From contig JAYGCN010000343.1 of the NCBI GenBank assembly GCA_046583315.1, positions 1-64,000 of the forward strand: DNA of 64,000 bases. The letters run 5' to 3'. A model generated the notes under the pieces. That model was not told where the DNA came from. It worked only from the letters and a program-made list of their open reading frames with translations, and searched no databases. Within the stretch, counting starts at the first letter, position 1; every line of letters starts with the position of its first letter. Below, piece by piece: positions 1 through 9,698 of this stretch. The stretch comes from Candidatus Hydrogenedentota bacterium (GTDB taxonomy: Bacteria > Hydrogenedentota > Hydrogenedentia > Hydrogenedentales > GCA-2746185). Made by a program: the position numbers and the translations under genes.

Positions 1-715
1 CGCGCGAATCCCGGCACGCCTCCATGAAGGTGCCCTTCACCGATTCCTTCTCAGGGAGAAGCCCCTTGGCGCGCAGCTCGCTAAAGTTACCCTCAGGTGT
101 GTCCTGCGTGAATCGATAGTAGGCGAGGCCCGTAACCAGGCACACCATCCCTGCGGCAATCATCGCCACGCGCCACGCGCCAGGCGCACTCACGCCGACA
201 GCCAGGAGCCCCGCGAACAACAGAGGCATGATGAGCTGCGTCGCACCGCTTCCCATGTTGCCCCAGCCCGCCGTCGTCGCATTCGCAGTACCCACTACGT
301 TCGGTGCAAACATGACCGAGGTGTGATACTGCGTAATGACAAACGAGGCCCCAATCGCCCCAATCGCCAGTCGGAACAACAATAGCGTTTCATAGTTATG
401 AGCCAATCCGACACCCATCACCGGAAATGAACATACGACCAGCAACCATGTGTAGGTCAAACGAGGCCCGAAGCGATCACAACACCATCCGATGAACAAT
501 CGCGCGATAATCGTGACCAATACCGAGGCGATAATTGTGTTCCCGATCTGTGCTTTCGTTAATCCCAACTCATCGCGAATGATCGCCATCAGCGGCGCAA
601 TTCCGAACCACGCGAAGAAACACAGAAAAAATGCGAACCAGGTCATGTGAAACGCGCGCATCTGCGGTGTGGCTAAACTGAATAACTCAATCTTTGTCGC
701 TTTGTTCGATTCCAC
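1..715 (-). CDS. narK: MFS nitrate/nitrite transporter (NarK/NasA/NRT2 family), 3' end runs off the window
   Basis: Not in the ORF track. Manual translation from GTG at 715 gives MESNKATKIELFSLATPQMRAFHMTWFAFFLCFFAWFGIAPLM, later GWCCDRFGPR and ANATTAGWGNMGSG. An AAGGAG RBS lies upstream and the gene is divergent from nitrite reductase. Confidence 0.92.
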   Translation of the reverse strand, partial: MESNKATKIELFSLATPQMRAFHMTWFAFFLCFFAWFGIAPLMAIIRDELGLTKAQIGNTIIASVLVTIIARLFIGWCCDRFGPRLTYTWLLVVCSFPVMGVGLAHNYETLLLFRLAIGAIGASFVITQYHTSVMFAPNVVGTANATTAGWGNMGSGATQLIMPLLFAGLLAVGVSAPGAWRVAMIAAGMVCLVTGLAYYRFTQDTPEGNFSELRAKGLLPEKESVKGTFMEACRDSR

Positions 716-783
716 CGTCGTACTCCTTCGTGCGGCTCATACTGGAAAATTGTCAACACATTGGTGACGTGATGCTTCAGAAA

Positions 784-800
784 AGCACGAACCGTGCCAA
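784..800 (-). promoter_or_regulatory. Sigma-54 (-24/-12) promoter for the nitrate transporter
   Basis: Minus strand reads TTGGCACGGTTCGTGCT, i.e. GG-N10-GC with TGGCAC, about 70 nt upstream of the start codon. Confidence 0.8.
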
Positions 801-954
801 GTTGAATTCGCGAACGGTACAGGCAACAAACACGTTGAAATCAGAATCGATCAGACGTGCAATGGGTTGTAAAAACGGCTGAACCGAAATCATCAATATC
901 CTACCCATATGTATGTACATGTGTATAAGCATTCATTTATGTAATAAATTGACT

Positions 955-971
955 TGCCCACTTTTGATGCC
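955..971. promoter_or_regulatory. Possible NtrC-type enhancer site
   Basis: TGCCCACTTTTGATGCC is a partial match to TGCACCA-N3-TGGTGCA and lies between two sigma-54 promoters. Confidence 0.4.
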
Positions 972-1066
972 AGACTAACCGGAAGCAACTCCAAAAATCA
1001 CCCAATCACCCTATAAACAGGCGATTCTTCTGTATTTGTACTTAAAAATCGATGGAATTATCGCTT

Positions 1067-1084
1067 CTGGCACAGCCCTTGCAA
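1067..1084 (+). promoter_or_regulatory. Sigma-54 (-24/-12) promoter for nirBD
   Basis: CTGGCACAGCCCTTGCAA matches TGGCAC-N5-TTGCA exactly, about 50 nt upstream of GTG 1133. Confidence 0.88.
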
Positions 1085-1132
1085 TAAGGCGGACATGAGA
1101 GATATATCGAATCGGAACAAAAGGACTCAGCT

Positions 1133-4105
1133 GTGAGCAACGTGAGAAAAAATATTATCGTTATCGGAAACGGAATGGTTGGTCACCGTTTCTGCGAGAA
1201 ACTCGTCGAATTCGGAGCACTCGAAACATTCAAGGTCACCGTGTTCGGCGATGAACCACGACGCGCCTATGATCGCGTGCATCTCTCATCCTATTTTGAA
1301 GAGGACAAGAGCGACGACGACCTCTACCTCTGCGCAGCCGATTGGTATACCGAAAACGGACTCGATTTACGCATTGGAACCAAAGCCACGCGAATCGATC
1401 GAGACAAGAAACGAGTCTACACGGACGACAACGATGGTCTGGATTACGATTACATCGTTTTGGCGACCGGCTCCTCGGCCTTCATACCACCCGTGCCCGG
1501 AATCGACAAGCAAGGTATCTTCGCCTACCGCACCATCGAAGATCTGGACGCGATCACCGCGTATGCAAAGAATGCCAAACGCGCGGCGGTGATGGGGGGC
1601 GGATTGCTTGGTCTGGAAGCCGCGAAAGCAGTACTCGATCTAGGCCTGGAAACTCATGTGATTGAATTCGCGCCACGCCTGATGCCGCGTCAACTCGACG
1701 AGTCCGGTGCCGGTTTACTGAAATCCAAAATCGAAGCGATGGGCGTCGACGTACATCTCTCGAAACAAACCATGGCCGTGCTCGGTAATGAAAAAATCGA
1801 AGGCCTGCTTTATGCGTGCGGTGAATCGCTCGATATTGACATGTTGGTCGTCAGTGCCGGCATTCGGCCACGCGACGAGATCGCAAAGGTATCCGGCATC
1901 AAAGTCGGTGAACGCGGCGGCATCCTCGTCGACGATGCCCTGCGCACCAGCGACCCCAACATCTTCGCCATCGGTGAAGTCGCCTTACACGACAAAATGA
2001 TCTACGGCCTCATTGGCCCCGGATACCGCATGGCCGAAGTTGTCGCGTCCAACCTGCTTGGCGATTCACTCGAATTCACTGGCTGGGACATGTCCACCAA
2101 ACTGAAATTACTCGGAGTGGATGTCGCCAGTTTTGGCGACCCCTTCGCGACCGAGGGCACGCAGGAAGTTGCCGTTCAGGATGAAGTAGGCGGTGTATAC
2201 AAAAAACTGGTTGTACACACGGAATCGAACAGATTGGTCGGCGGCGTACTCGTCGGAGACGCTTCCGATTATGCAACGCTGCTGCACCTGACGAACACGG
2301 GCGATGCGCTCGAAGGCTCTGCCGCGGATCTGGTCATCGGGAAATCCGACGCGCTGTCCGGCGATGCCTCATCGCTCCCCGATGCCCTCGTCGCCTGCTC
2401 GTGCAACACCATCACCAAAGGAGAAATCTGTTCCGCGATAGACGCCAACGAGCTGACCACGCCTGCACAAGTAAAATCCTGCACCAACGCGGGAACGGGC
2501 TGCGGCGGCTGCATGCCTCTGGTCACCGATATCCTCATGGCGCAACTCAAGGCCTCTGGGAAAAATGTAAAACAGGTCATCTGCGAACACTTCGCCTACA
2601 CGCGCCAGGAATTACTGGGCATCATGAAGGTGAAAGAACTCCGTTCATACGAAGCCATGCTAAACGAGTGCGGCACAGGCGAAGGCTGCGAAATCTGTAA
2701 ACCGCTGGTCGCCTCGTTGCTCGCCAGCACCTGGAACGACGCGATCCTCACCCACAGCACAATTCAAGACACGAACGACAAATTCCTGGCGAACATTCAA
2801 CAAGGCGGGACGTATTCTGTCATTCCGCGTATCGCCGGCGGTGAACCGACAGCCGAAAATCTTATCGTACTCGGGCAGGTCGCAAAAAAATACGACTTGT
2901 ACTGCAAAATCACCGGGGGACAACGAATCGGTTTATACGGCGCACGAGTAGAGCAACTTCCGCAAATCTGGGCAGAGCTCATCGCTGCGGGATTCGAAAG
3001 CGGACACGCCTACGGCAAGGCCCTGCGCACCGTCAAGAGCTGCGTCGGCACAAGTTGGTGTCGCTACGGCGTGCAAGACTCCACCACGATGGCCATCGAC
3101 GTGGAAAATCGATACAAAGGATTGCGCTCGCCGCACAAACTCAAATCGGCCGTCTCAGGATGCACACGCGAATGTGCCGAGGCCCAGAGCAAAGACTTCG
3201 GATTCATCGCGACCGAAAAAGGCTGGAACCTCTATGTATGCGGCAATGGCGGCACGACCCCGCGCCACGCCGACCTGCTCGCAAGCGATTTGGACACGGA
3301 CACCGCGATTCGATACATCGATCGGTTCCTGATGTATTACGTGCGCACCGCCGGCCCACTCGTTCGCACCGCGCGATGGATTGAAAAACTTGAAGGCGGT
3401 ATCGAACACCTCAAGGACGTGGTCATTCACGACTCGCTCGGCATTGCGGAAGAACTCGAAGCCGAAATGGAAGCAATCGTACAAACCTATCGCTGTGAAT
3501 GGAAAGATGTGGTCGAAAATCCATCCAAACGAGATCGATTCCAACACTTTGCCAACAATGAATCCAAGGACGAGACGGTATCCTTCGTGCGGGAACGTGG
3601 ACAGATCAGAACACCCGACTGGTTCAATGAAGCCTTGCCCGAAGAGACCGTTACCGACGGCGACGCCATCGCAATACGCGAAGGTATGGAGGATGCCAAA
3701 ACGTGCTGGGAGGCGGGAAGCGTATCCGACTTCCCTGAAAACGGCGGCATCGCATTGAAATACGGCTCCGTCCAAATCGCGTTGTTCCATTTCGCCAGCC
3801 GTGGCACTTGGTATGCCACGCAGAATCTATGCCCGCACAAACGCGACATGGTATTGGCCCGCGGACTCACGGGTGACGTTGAAGGCATCCCGAAAGTAGC
3901 CTGTCCACACCACAAGAAACAGTTTTCGCTGGAGACCGGCGAATGCCTGTCCGGCGATCCTTATAAGCTGAAAACATTTCCGGTCAGAGTGGAAGGAGAC
4001 AAGGTGTACATCGAGTTGCCCGAGCGAAGCGCGCTCATCGGCGATGCATGCGACAATGAAACCGCCTGCGATGCCCTTGCTGAAGCGGCAAACACAGGAG
4101 TGTGA
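1133..4105 (+). CDS. nirB: Assimilatory NADH nitrite reductase large subunit fused to a C-terminal NirD-like Rieske domain
   Basis: GNGMVG FAD motif, BFD-like Cys clusters (CSCN...CGGC; CEIC), siroheme/4Fe-4S motifs SCVGTSWCRYG and SGCTRECAEA, then Rieske motifs NLCPH...VACPHH at about 3707-4030. Confidence 0.95.
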   Translation: MSNVRKNIIVIGNGMVGHRFCEKLVEFGALETFKVTVFGDEPRRAYDRVHLSSYFEEDKSDDDLYLCAADWYTENGLDLRIGTKATRIDRDKKRVYTDDNDGLDYDYIVLATGSSAFIPPVPGIDKQGIFAYRTIEDLDAITAYAKNAKRAAVMGGGLLGLEAAKAVLDLGLETHVIEFAPRLMPRQLDESGAGLLKSKIEAMGVDVHLSKQTMAVLGNEKIEGLLYACGESLDIDMLVVSAGIRPRDEIAKVSGIKVGERGGILVDDALRTSDPNIFAIGEVALHDKMIYGLIGPGYRMAEVVASNLLGDSLEFTGWDMSTKLKLLGVDVASFGDPFATEGTQEVAVQDEVGGVYKKLVVHTESNRLVGGVLVGDASDYATLLHLTNTGDALEGSAADLVIGKSDALSGDASSLPDALVACSCNTITKGEICSAIDANELTTPAQVKSCTNAGTGCGGCMPLVTDILMAQLKASGKNVKQVICEHFAYTRQELLGIMKVKELRSYEAMLNECGTGEGCEICKPLVASLLASTWNDAILTHSTIQDTNDKFLANIQQGGTYSVIPRIAGGEPTAENLIVLGQVAKKYDLYCKITGGQRIGLYGARVEQLPQIWAELIAAGFESGHAYGKALRTVKSCVGTSWCRYGVQDSTTMAIDVENRYKGLRSPHKLKSAVSGCTRECAEAQSKDFGFIATEKGWNLYVCGNGGTTPRHADLLASDLDTDTAIRYIDRFLMYYVRTAGPLVRTARWIEKLEGGIEHLKDVVIHDSLGIAEELEAEMEAIVQTYRCEWKDVVENPSKRDRFQHFANNESKDETVSFVRERGQIRTPDWFNEALPEETVTDGDAIAIREGMEDAKTCWEAGSVSDFPENGGIALKYGSVQIALFHFASRGTWYATQNLCPHKRDMVLARGLTGDVEGIPKVACPHHKKQFSLETGECLSGDPYKLKTFPVRVEGDKVYIELPERSALIGDACDNETACDALAEAANTGV

Positions 4106-4108
4106 TTC

Positions 4109-4483
4109 ATGAATCCTACGATTCAACCGACAACCTCAGAAAACGCAGGAACCAGCTTGGACGATCTTGCACACAATAAACAGCAAATACTCAGCGCGGT
4201 AGAAGATGTGTTGCGCACGCCGCTCGACAGTGCCGCAAAGATGGATGTACGCGGCGCAGCGACGATCATCACGCAATATGTTTTTCACGACCAAATTGAA
4301 CCCTGTGACGCGACACGCTACGAATGGCATTACATGTTGCTCGGCAAAGCGATCACCATTGCACAAGCCTGGAAGCAAAATTTCGCCGGAGCCTTGAATA
4401 GACCCAGCGAGACGCGCGAAAGTCTGATTACTTACATCGACAACACCTACGGAACCGGTAGCGGCGAGTTCGCCAATCTCTAA
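4109..4483 (+). CDS. Hypothetical protein
   Basis: 124-aa ATG ORF starting 3 nt after the nirBD stop; no recognisable motif. Confidence 0.55.
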   Translation: MNPTIQPTTSENAGTSLDDLAHNKQQILSAVEDVLRTPLDSAAKMDVRGAATIITQYVFHDQIEPCDATRYEWHYMLLGKAITIAQAWKQNFAGALNRPSETRESLITYIDNTYGTGSGEFANL

Positions 4484-4566
4484 GAGATACCAGTTGCACT
4501 TTCTTCCAGGAAGTGCTATTTTCAATTCATACTCCTACGGGTAGCGACGCGAAGGGGGATGCGATC

Positions 4567-5007
4567 ATGAATACGATTCTGGTACCAGTGGATTTTTCAG
4601 AAGTGACCGGCGCGGTTCTCAAGAACGCCGAAAAGATGGCGCGCGCCTTCGAGGCCAAGATTTACCTGCTGCACATAGAAGCACCCGATCCCGATTTCGT
4701 GGGCTACGAGGTCGGCCCTGACTCAGTCCGCGACTCCGTGGCCAAGGGCATAAAATCCGACATGCACGAAATTCATGTCCTCCGGGACAGCATGCGCGAA
4801 AAGAATATCTAGGTCGAGTTGCTCGTGATTCAAGGGGTCACCGTCGAGAAAATTCTCGAAGAAGCGATACGCCTCCAATCCGATCTTATCGTCATGGGAT
4901 CCCACGGCAGAGGGGCTCTGTTACACCTCCTAATGGGTAGCGTGTGCGAGGGTGTCATCAAAAACGGCAGCTGCCCGGTTGTCGCCGTGCCGGCATCCAG
5001 CGTCTGA
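4567..5007 (+). pseudogene. Universal stress protein (UspA family) interrupted by an in-frame TAG at 4810-4812
   Basis: MNTILVPVDFS...KNI*VELLVIQG...DLIVMGSHGRG...LMGSVCEGVIKNGSCPVVAVP; both halves are in the same frame. Confidence 0.85.
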
Positions 5008-5055
5008 GTGACAGGACGAAACTCGAAGAATCGATCGTACATTTACACGCGCCGC

Positions 5056-6348
5056 CTACTTATTGTCAATTCGATAGAGATGCGTTTTAGATCGCAGAAT
5101 CAGAGACGAACCCAGCATCGCGGGCGAAGCCATGCACCCGACATCAAGCTCATTCGTGCCCACAATTCTCGGTTCGCGGCCCGTCTTCATCACGGTCGTC
5201 TTGCCCTGTGTACTGAAAAAATACAGGCTGTCTCCGGCATGCAACGGTGAGGCGACATAGTTTCCGCCAATGCGCTCCGTCCACACCTCTTCGCCATCGG
5301 CCGCATCCAAAGAGGTAACGATACCGCGATCCGTGCCCAGATAGAGAAGGCCGTCGATCAACAATAACGAAGGCGTGGTGGGAACGGCCCCGTCGCTCTT
5401 TCGCCATACGACATGTGAGTCCGTCACATCCCCTTCACCGTCCACGCGGATCGCCAGTAATTCCGTAGGCCCGCCGCCGGCCGTGACGTAGACGATGCCG
5501 TCCGCAAAAACAGGCCGAACCCGGGCTGTGTGACTGCCGTGACGCACATTCCAGATTTCCTTGCCGGTGCGTGGATCATAGCCGAACACGCTGAACGATC
5601 CGGGACTAATCATCAATGGTTTACCACCGGATTCGACAATCAACGGTGTCGAAAAGGCTTTCCGATAATCGCCGAGGTTTTTGGGTCTGCCCCGCTCATC
5701 CAGATCATCAAATACTGTCGTGCGGTCCGTACGCCAGACTGTTTTCCCCGTGTTCTTGTCCAGCGCGGTCAAGTACTGTTGATCGATGCCGTCGAAAGAA
5801 AGAATCAACAGGTCTTCAAAGAGAATGGGGGATGAGCCCGGCCCGCGAAAGTGGCGGCACTTCAGGTCATCGCGTTTCCACAACACCTTGCCCGTGTCCG
5901 TATCCAGACACGCCGTGCCGTAACTACCAAAATGAACATAGACCCGGCCCTCTTCCAACACCGGCGACGGAGACGCGTAACAATTGACCGCATTGCCGAG
6001 CGGCTCCGGATCATCCGAGTGAAACAAATGCTCATCCAGCTCAATCTTGCCCGTTTCGGCATTCACCTGAATCACGTAATAATCCGAACCCTCCTCAGTT
6101 GCAGTTGTGATCCAAATCTGATCGTCCAATATCGCGGGACTCGACCAACCCATATGCGGAATCGCTGTTTTCCAGGAAACGTGTTCCGTTTCACTCCAAT
6201 TTTCAGGTCCTTGCGAAACGTCCACGGCACTACCATTACCCAGTGGACCGCGAAACTCCGGCCAATGCTCCTGCGCGTCAACAGACCCGAGTCCAACTCC
6301 ACACAAGGCCAGGATCATGCCGACGTTGATTATTTTCACGGTAAACAT
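5056..6348 (-). CDS. Secreted PQQ-like/BamB-like beta-propeller protein
   Basis: Signal peptide, WPEFRGPLGNG, repeated D..TGK..W blades, and GSSP/ASP motifs. Confidence 0.85.
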   Translation of the reverse strand: MFTVKIINVGMILALCGVGLGSVDAQEHWPEFRGPLGNGSAVDVSQGPENWSETEHVSWKTAIPHMGWSSPAILDDQIWITTATEEGSDYYVIQVNAETGKIELDEHLFHSDDPEPLGNAVNCYASPSPVLEEGRVYVHFGSYGTACLDTDTGKVLWKRDDLKCRHFRGPGSSPILFEDLLILSFDGIDQQYLTALDKNTGKTVWRTDRTTVFDDLDERGRPKNLGDYRKAFSTPLIVESGGKPLMISPGSFSVFGYDPRTGKEIWNVRHGSHTARVRPVFADGIVYVTAGGGPTELLAIRVDGEGDVTDSHVVWRKSDGAVPTTPSLLLIDGLLYLGTDRGIVTSLDAADGEEVWTERIGGNYVASPLHAGDSLYFFSTQGKTTVMKTGREPRIVGTNELDVGCMASPAMLGSSLILRSKTHLYRIDNK

Positions 6349-6448
6349 TGGAGCTCCTTAGTCATTTCGCGCAACTATCAGGTCTTTATCAGTCACTATT
6401 TATATCATATCACGCGACGCTGACTTGAAAAGTCATCTGGCCCGCCGC

Positions 6449-6481
6449 AAAAAAAGACCGCCGAGAACGAACTCGACGGTC
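6449..6481 (-). terminator. Rho-independent terminator after the HupE/UreJ gene
   Basis: Minus strand GACCGTCGAG-TTCGTT-CTCGGCGGTC followed by T7. Confidence 0.75.
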
Positions 6482-6505
6482 AGCATTTCCATTTACGAAT
6501 GGGTC

Positions 6506-7564
6506 CTAATGATCATGGTCATGATCGTGGTCGTCCGCATGGTCGTCATCGTGATCCGCGTGGGGTACGCCGCCCAGTTCATCCACATGCATACCCTCAG
6601 GTATCTCATCGTGATCGTGGTCATCTGCATGCTCGTCGTCCCCGTGCGTGTGCGGGTCGGTCGGCAGACCGAAAGCATCGGTGTGAGTGTGTGGCTCGCC
6701 ATCGTCGTGCGAATGTTCCGCCTCGTCATCATGCGAGTGATCATCATCGTGATCTTCATGCGGCACGCCGCCGGGTTCGTCCACGTGGAATCCGTCGGGA
6801 ATATCCTCATGTGAGTGTTCTCCACCGCCAAGGCCCATATCTTCATGCTGATGCTGGTGTGCCTTGTCATCAAAGAACCCCATCGGATCGCGATCGTGTG
6901 AATATCCGTGCATCTGCATCAAGAACAAGAGTCCGCCAAGGATAATGAGTAAGGTATTGGCCGCCGTACTGAACCGCGCGAAGAACTCCGTGCGGCGCAA
7001 CCCGGCGAGCACGCCGAGAATAACGACCAATGCCGCAATCTGCCCGGCTTCAACCCCAACATTAAAGGCAACAATCTTTCCCAGCAGATCCATCCCCTCA
7101 CCAATCGTCAGAGTCTGGAGTCGAGTCGAAAGTCCGAAGCCGTGAATCAATCCGAAAATGAAAACCATAGCCACGAGATTCGGCGATTTCATGTCGAGGT
7201 ACTTCTTGAAACCCCCGACATTATCGAAGCCTTTATAGCAAACCGTGAGCGCGATTACCGCATCAATCAGAAAATAGTTCGCCTGAATTCCCAGGAAGGT
7301 CGCTCCAATGAGCGTGATGCTGTGTCCCAGCGTGAACGCCGTAACGAACTTTACGATGTCCTTAAACCGGGTCAAAAAGAAGACAACGCCAAACAGAAAC
7401 AGCAGATGATCGTAACCCGTGATCATGTGAACCGCACCCTGGCGCAAGAATTCCACGATGCCGCCATCCATCGCTCGAATCTGGTCTGCTTCGGACATTC
7501 CGTGGGCGAAAACCATTGACGGCAGGGAAATGAATCCCATGAACAAAACAGAAATTCTTCGCAT
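6506..7564 (-). CDS. HupE/UreJ-family membrane metal (Ni/Co) transporter with long His/Asp-rich C-terminal tail
   Basis: Signal ending in AH, then HMITGYDHLLFL, FTLGHSITL, FGLIHGFG and FNVGVEAGQ; tail of about 125 aa rich in H/D/E. Start at 7564 is preferred over 7600. Confidence 0.88.
   Translation of the reverse strand: MRRISVLFMGFISLPSMVFAHGMSEADQIRAMDGGIVEFLRQGAVHMITGYDHLLFLFGVVFFLTRFKDIVKFVTAFTLGHSITLIGATFLGIQANYFLIDAVIALTVCYKGFDNVGGFKKYLDMKSPNLVAMVFIFGLIHGFGLSTRLQTLTIGEGMDLLGKIVAFNVGVEAGQIAALVVILGVLAGLRRTEFFARFSTAANTLLIILGGLLFLMQMHGYSHDRDPMGFFDDKAHQHQHEDMGLGGGEHSHEDIPDGFHVDEPGGVPHEDHDDDHSHDDEAEHSHDDGEPHTHTDAFGLPTDPHTHGDDEHADDHDHDEIPEGMHVDELGGVPHADHDDDHADDHDHDHDH
6548..6818 (-). repeat. 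Imperfect ~25-aa duplication within the His-rich tail
   Basis: HEDIPDGFHVDEPGGVPHEDHDDDH versus HDEIPEGMHVDELGGVPHADHDDDH. Confidence 0.85.
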
Positions 7565-7689
7565 AGTGAGCCTATTCCTTGTTATCTCGAAGGTCATCAT
7601 TTCCTGATTTCGATAATCGCGCGAAAACCACGATCCGAATCATACTGAATCACCTTCGAGGGAAACAACGATAAAGCTCCTGTCGCTGA

Positions 7690-8328
7690 CTAACCTGTGG
7701 CTTCGGCGTAGCCGTCCAGGACTCTCTGCACTGTCTCCGGGGACGCTTCGTCAGGCGTTCCAGACGTAAAAGGCGGCTTGGGCGAATATTCCATACCCAA
7801 TTGAATCGTTTTAGCGACTTCTTCACCTGCAATTTCAGCGACCATGGCCAGTCCAAAATCGATGCCTGCAGTGACCCCGCCCCCTGTTGCTCGATTTCGG
7901 TCAATCACATACCGTCCCTTCGTAGGGATTGCGCCCAGGCCTTCAAGATAAGGGACTGCCGCCCAATGGGTCGTCGCCTTGTATCCTGCGAGCAATCCGG
8001 CCGCACCCAGGAGCAGCGCGCCCGTGCAGACGCTGGTCACCCACTGTGCCTTTTCTCCCCGGTCTTTCAAAAACGCTATCGTCTCCTCATCCTGCATCAG
8101 ATCCATGGTAGGTTTCGTGCCGCCCCCCACAAAAAGAATGTCTGGATTCTCAAACGAATCTGCAAAACTGTGCGTGGGCACAACAGCCATGCCCGTATCC
8201 GTCATCACGGGGTCCGTATTCTTCCAGACCACTTGAATCTCCGCGTCGGGCATTCCAGACCAGACTTGCAACGGCCCCAGCATATCCAAGGGGGTCATTC
8301 CCGGGTAAACCACCATCACAATCTTCAT
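7690..8328 (-). CDS. DJ-1/PfpI family protein (isonitrile hydratase InhA-like)
   Basis: LDMLGP, SVCTGALLLGAAGLL, ATTHW, GGVTAGIDF and EY.PKPPF.SG motifs. Confidence 0.9.
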   Translation of the reverse strand: MKIVMVVYPGMTPLDMLGPLQVWSGMPDAEIQVVWKNTDPVMTDTGMAVVPTHSFADSFENPDILFVGGGTKPTMDLMQDEETIAFLKDRGEKAQWVTSVCTGALLLGAAGLLAGYKATTHWAAVPYLEGLGAIPTKGRYVIDRNRATGGGVTAGIDFGLAMVAEIAGEEVAKTIQLGMEYSPKPPFTSGTPDEASPETVQRVLDGYAEATG

Positions 8329-8399
8329 CGTCTTCTCCTAAAGTTTAGTTATGAAAACCAAATTACCACTTTTTCGCTTCTGTCTGTTATGATAAACAG

Positions 8400-9407
8400 A
8401 TGTCTCAAACTGCCAAATCCAAAATAGTCTATTTCGCGCTCTACGACGGAGTCCAGATTCTCGACGTGACCGGGCCAGCCGAAGTGTTCTCCGAGGCAAA
8501 CCGGGAGGCCGGATACACGGTCTACGACATTCGCTACGCCAGCAATGCCCCTGATGGAGTGGTCTCTTCCAGTGTCGGCCTGGGTTTGGCGACCAAACCT
8601 TTACCCAAGAGGCTCATGAATTTTCACACGCTCGCGATTCCCGGAGCCGAAGCAAAGGCCATTGAAAAAGTTCTGGGAGATGAGGACTTCATGACCTGGC
8701 TGGGGAACGCTGCAAAGAAAGCTGACCGGCTGGCATCGATTTGCAGCGGCGCATTCATGCTGGGTCAGCTCGGATTACTTGACGGACGACGGGCGACAAC
8801 GCACTGGATGGGACTTGAGCAATTGCAACGGGATAACCCCGAATGCAAGGTCGAACACGATATATTGTATACTCAGGACGGAAATCTGTGGACCTCCGCG
8901 GGCGTGCTCTCGGGAGTCGATATGGCGCTCGCCATCGTCACGCAGGATTTGAGCGCAACCGTCGCATTGAAGATCGCCCGCAATCTAGTCATCTACCTCG
9001 TTCGGGACGGCGGTCAATCCCAATTTTCCGGCCCCATCGATTTTCAGACGAAAGCCAACCGTAGCGAGCTGCTCAGTCTGGTCGCCTGGCTGGAAGATCA
9101 ATTGAAGAACCACATCACCGTCGAGCAAATGGCAGAACACATGGCCACGTCGGTGCGCACAGTACATCGACACTGTCAGAACGTATTCGACTTGACCCCG
9201 GCACAATTGTTGAGTGAATTACGTCTGGAACGATCTCGAAATCTGCTGCACCAGCCGGATCTAAGCGTGAAAGTCATTGCCTACGAATGCGGATTCAGTA
9301 ATGCGTCATCCTATTCGAAAGCGTTCTCGGGCCGATTTGGCGTGTCCCCCATGCGGTACCGAAAGACCTTTCAGGAGCCCGCCCGGATCAACGTTTCGCT
9401 CCATTAA
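8400..9407 (+). CDS. GlxA-family AraC regulator (DJ-1 domain plus AraC HTH)
   Basis: SICSGAF, ATTHW, WTSAGV, RDGGQSQFS and a C-terminal IAYECGF...F...FGVSP HTH; divergent from the DJ-1 gene. Confidence 0.92.
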   Translation: MSQTAKSKIVYFALYDGVQILDVTGPAEVFSEANREAGYTVYDIRYASNAPDGVVSSSVGLGLATKPLPKRLMNFHTLAIPGAEAKAIEKVLGDEDFMTWLGNAAKKADRLASICSGAFMLGQLGLLDGRRATTHWMGLEQLQRDNPECKVEHDILYTQDGNLWTSAGVLSGVDMALAIVTQDLSATVALKIARNLVIYLVRDGGQSQFSGPIDFQTKANRSELLSLVAWLEDQLKNHITVEQMAEHMATSVRTVHRHCQNVFDLTPAQLLSELRLERSRNLLHQPDLSVKVIAYECGFSNASSYSKAFSGRFGVSPMRYRKTFQEPARINVSLH

Positions 9408-9698
9408 GATAAAATCCTGGCAACGAAATAGTAGTCTTCCGAATTACCCAATGAGCCGTCATCTTGCAACCCTATCATCTCAACGATGCCCTCTCTGTCG
9501 ATTGTCTGAAACAAATCGTCGGGATTGAACTCATTGAAAACATTGACTAACATGGGCCGCGCCACGTGGACTAGCGATATTTATACAACTCAATTGTGGA
9601 TTCCACGCTCCAACGAGTGGTAGATTGATAGTTTCGCCGTGCCGACGGCAGAACTCCGAATCATCCCGGACTTACGATATACCAAAAGGAGCAAGACC

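Noticed and set aside
4810..4812. Pyrrolysine at the USP amber codon
   Set aside because: No pyl genes in the window, the protein is not a methyltransferase, TAG terminates many other genes, and GAG>TAG is simpler.
6421..6435. Palindrome TGACTT-GAA-AAGTCA as an operator
   Set aside because: Short, single occurrence and no cognate regulator evident.
6500..6830. CRISPR-like or tandem DNA repeats
   Set aside because: The repeats are codon-level and imperfect within a CDS, with no constant repeat/spacer period and no cas genes.
6425..6945. Met/Val/Ile-rich and Arg/His-rich alternative ORFs
   Set aside because: These are alternate-frame and antisense by-products of the His/Asp codon repeats in the HupE/UreJ tail.
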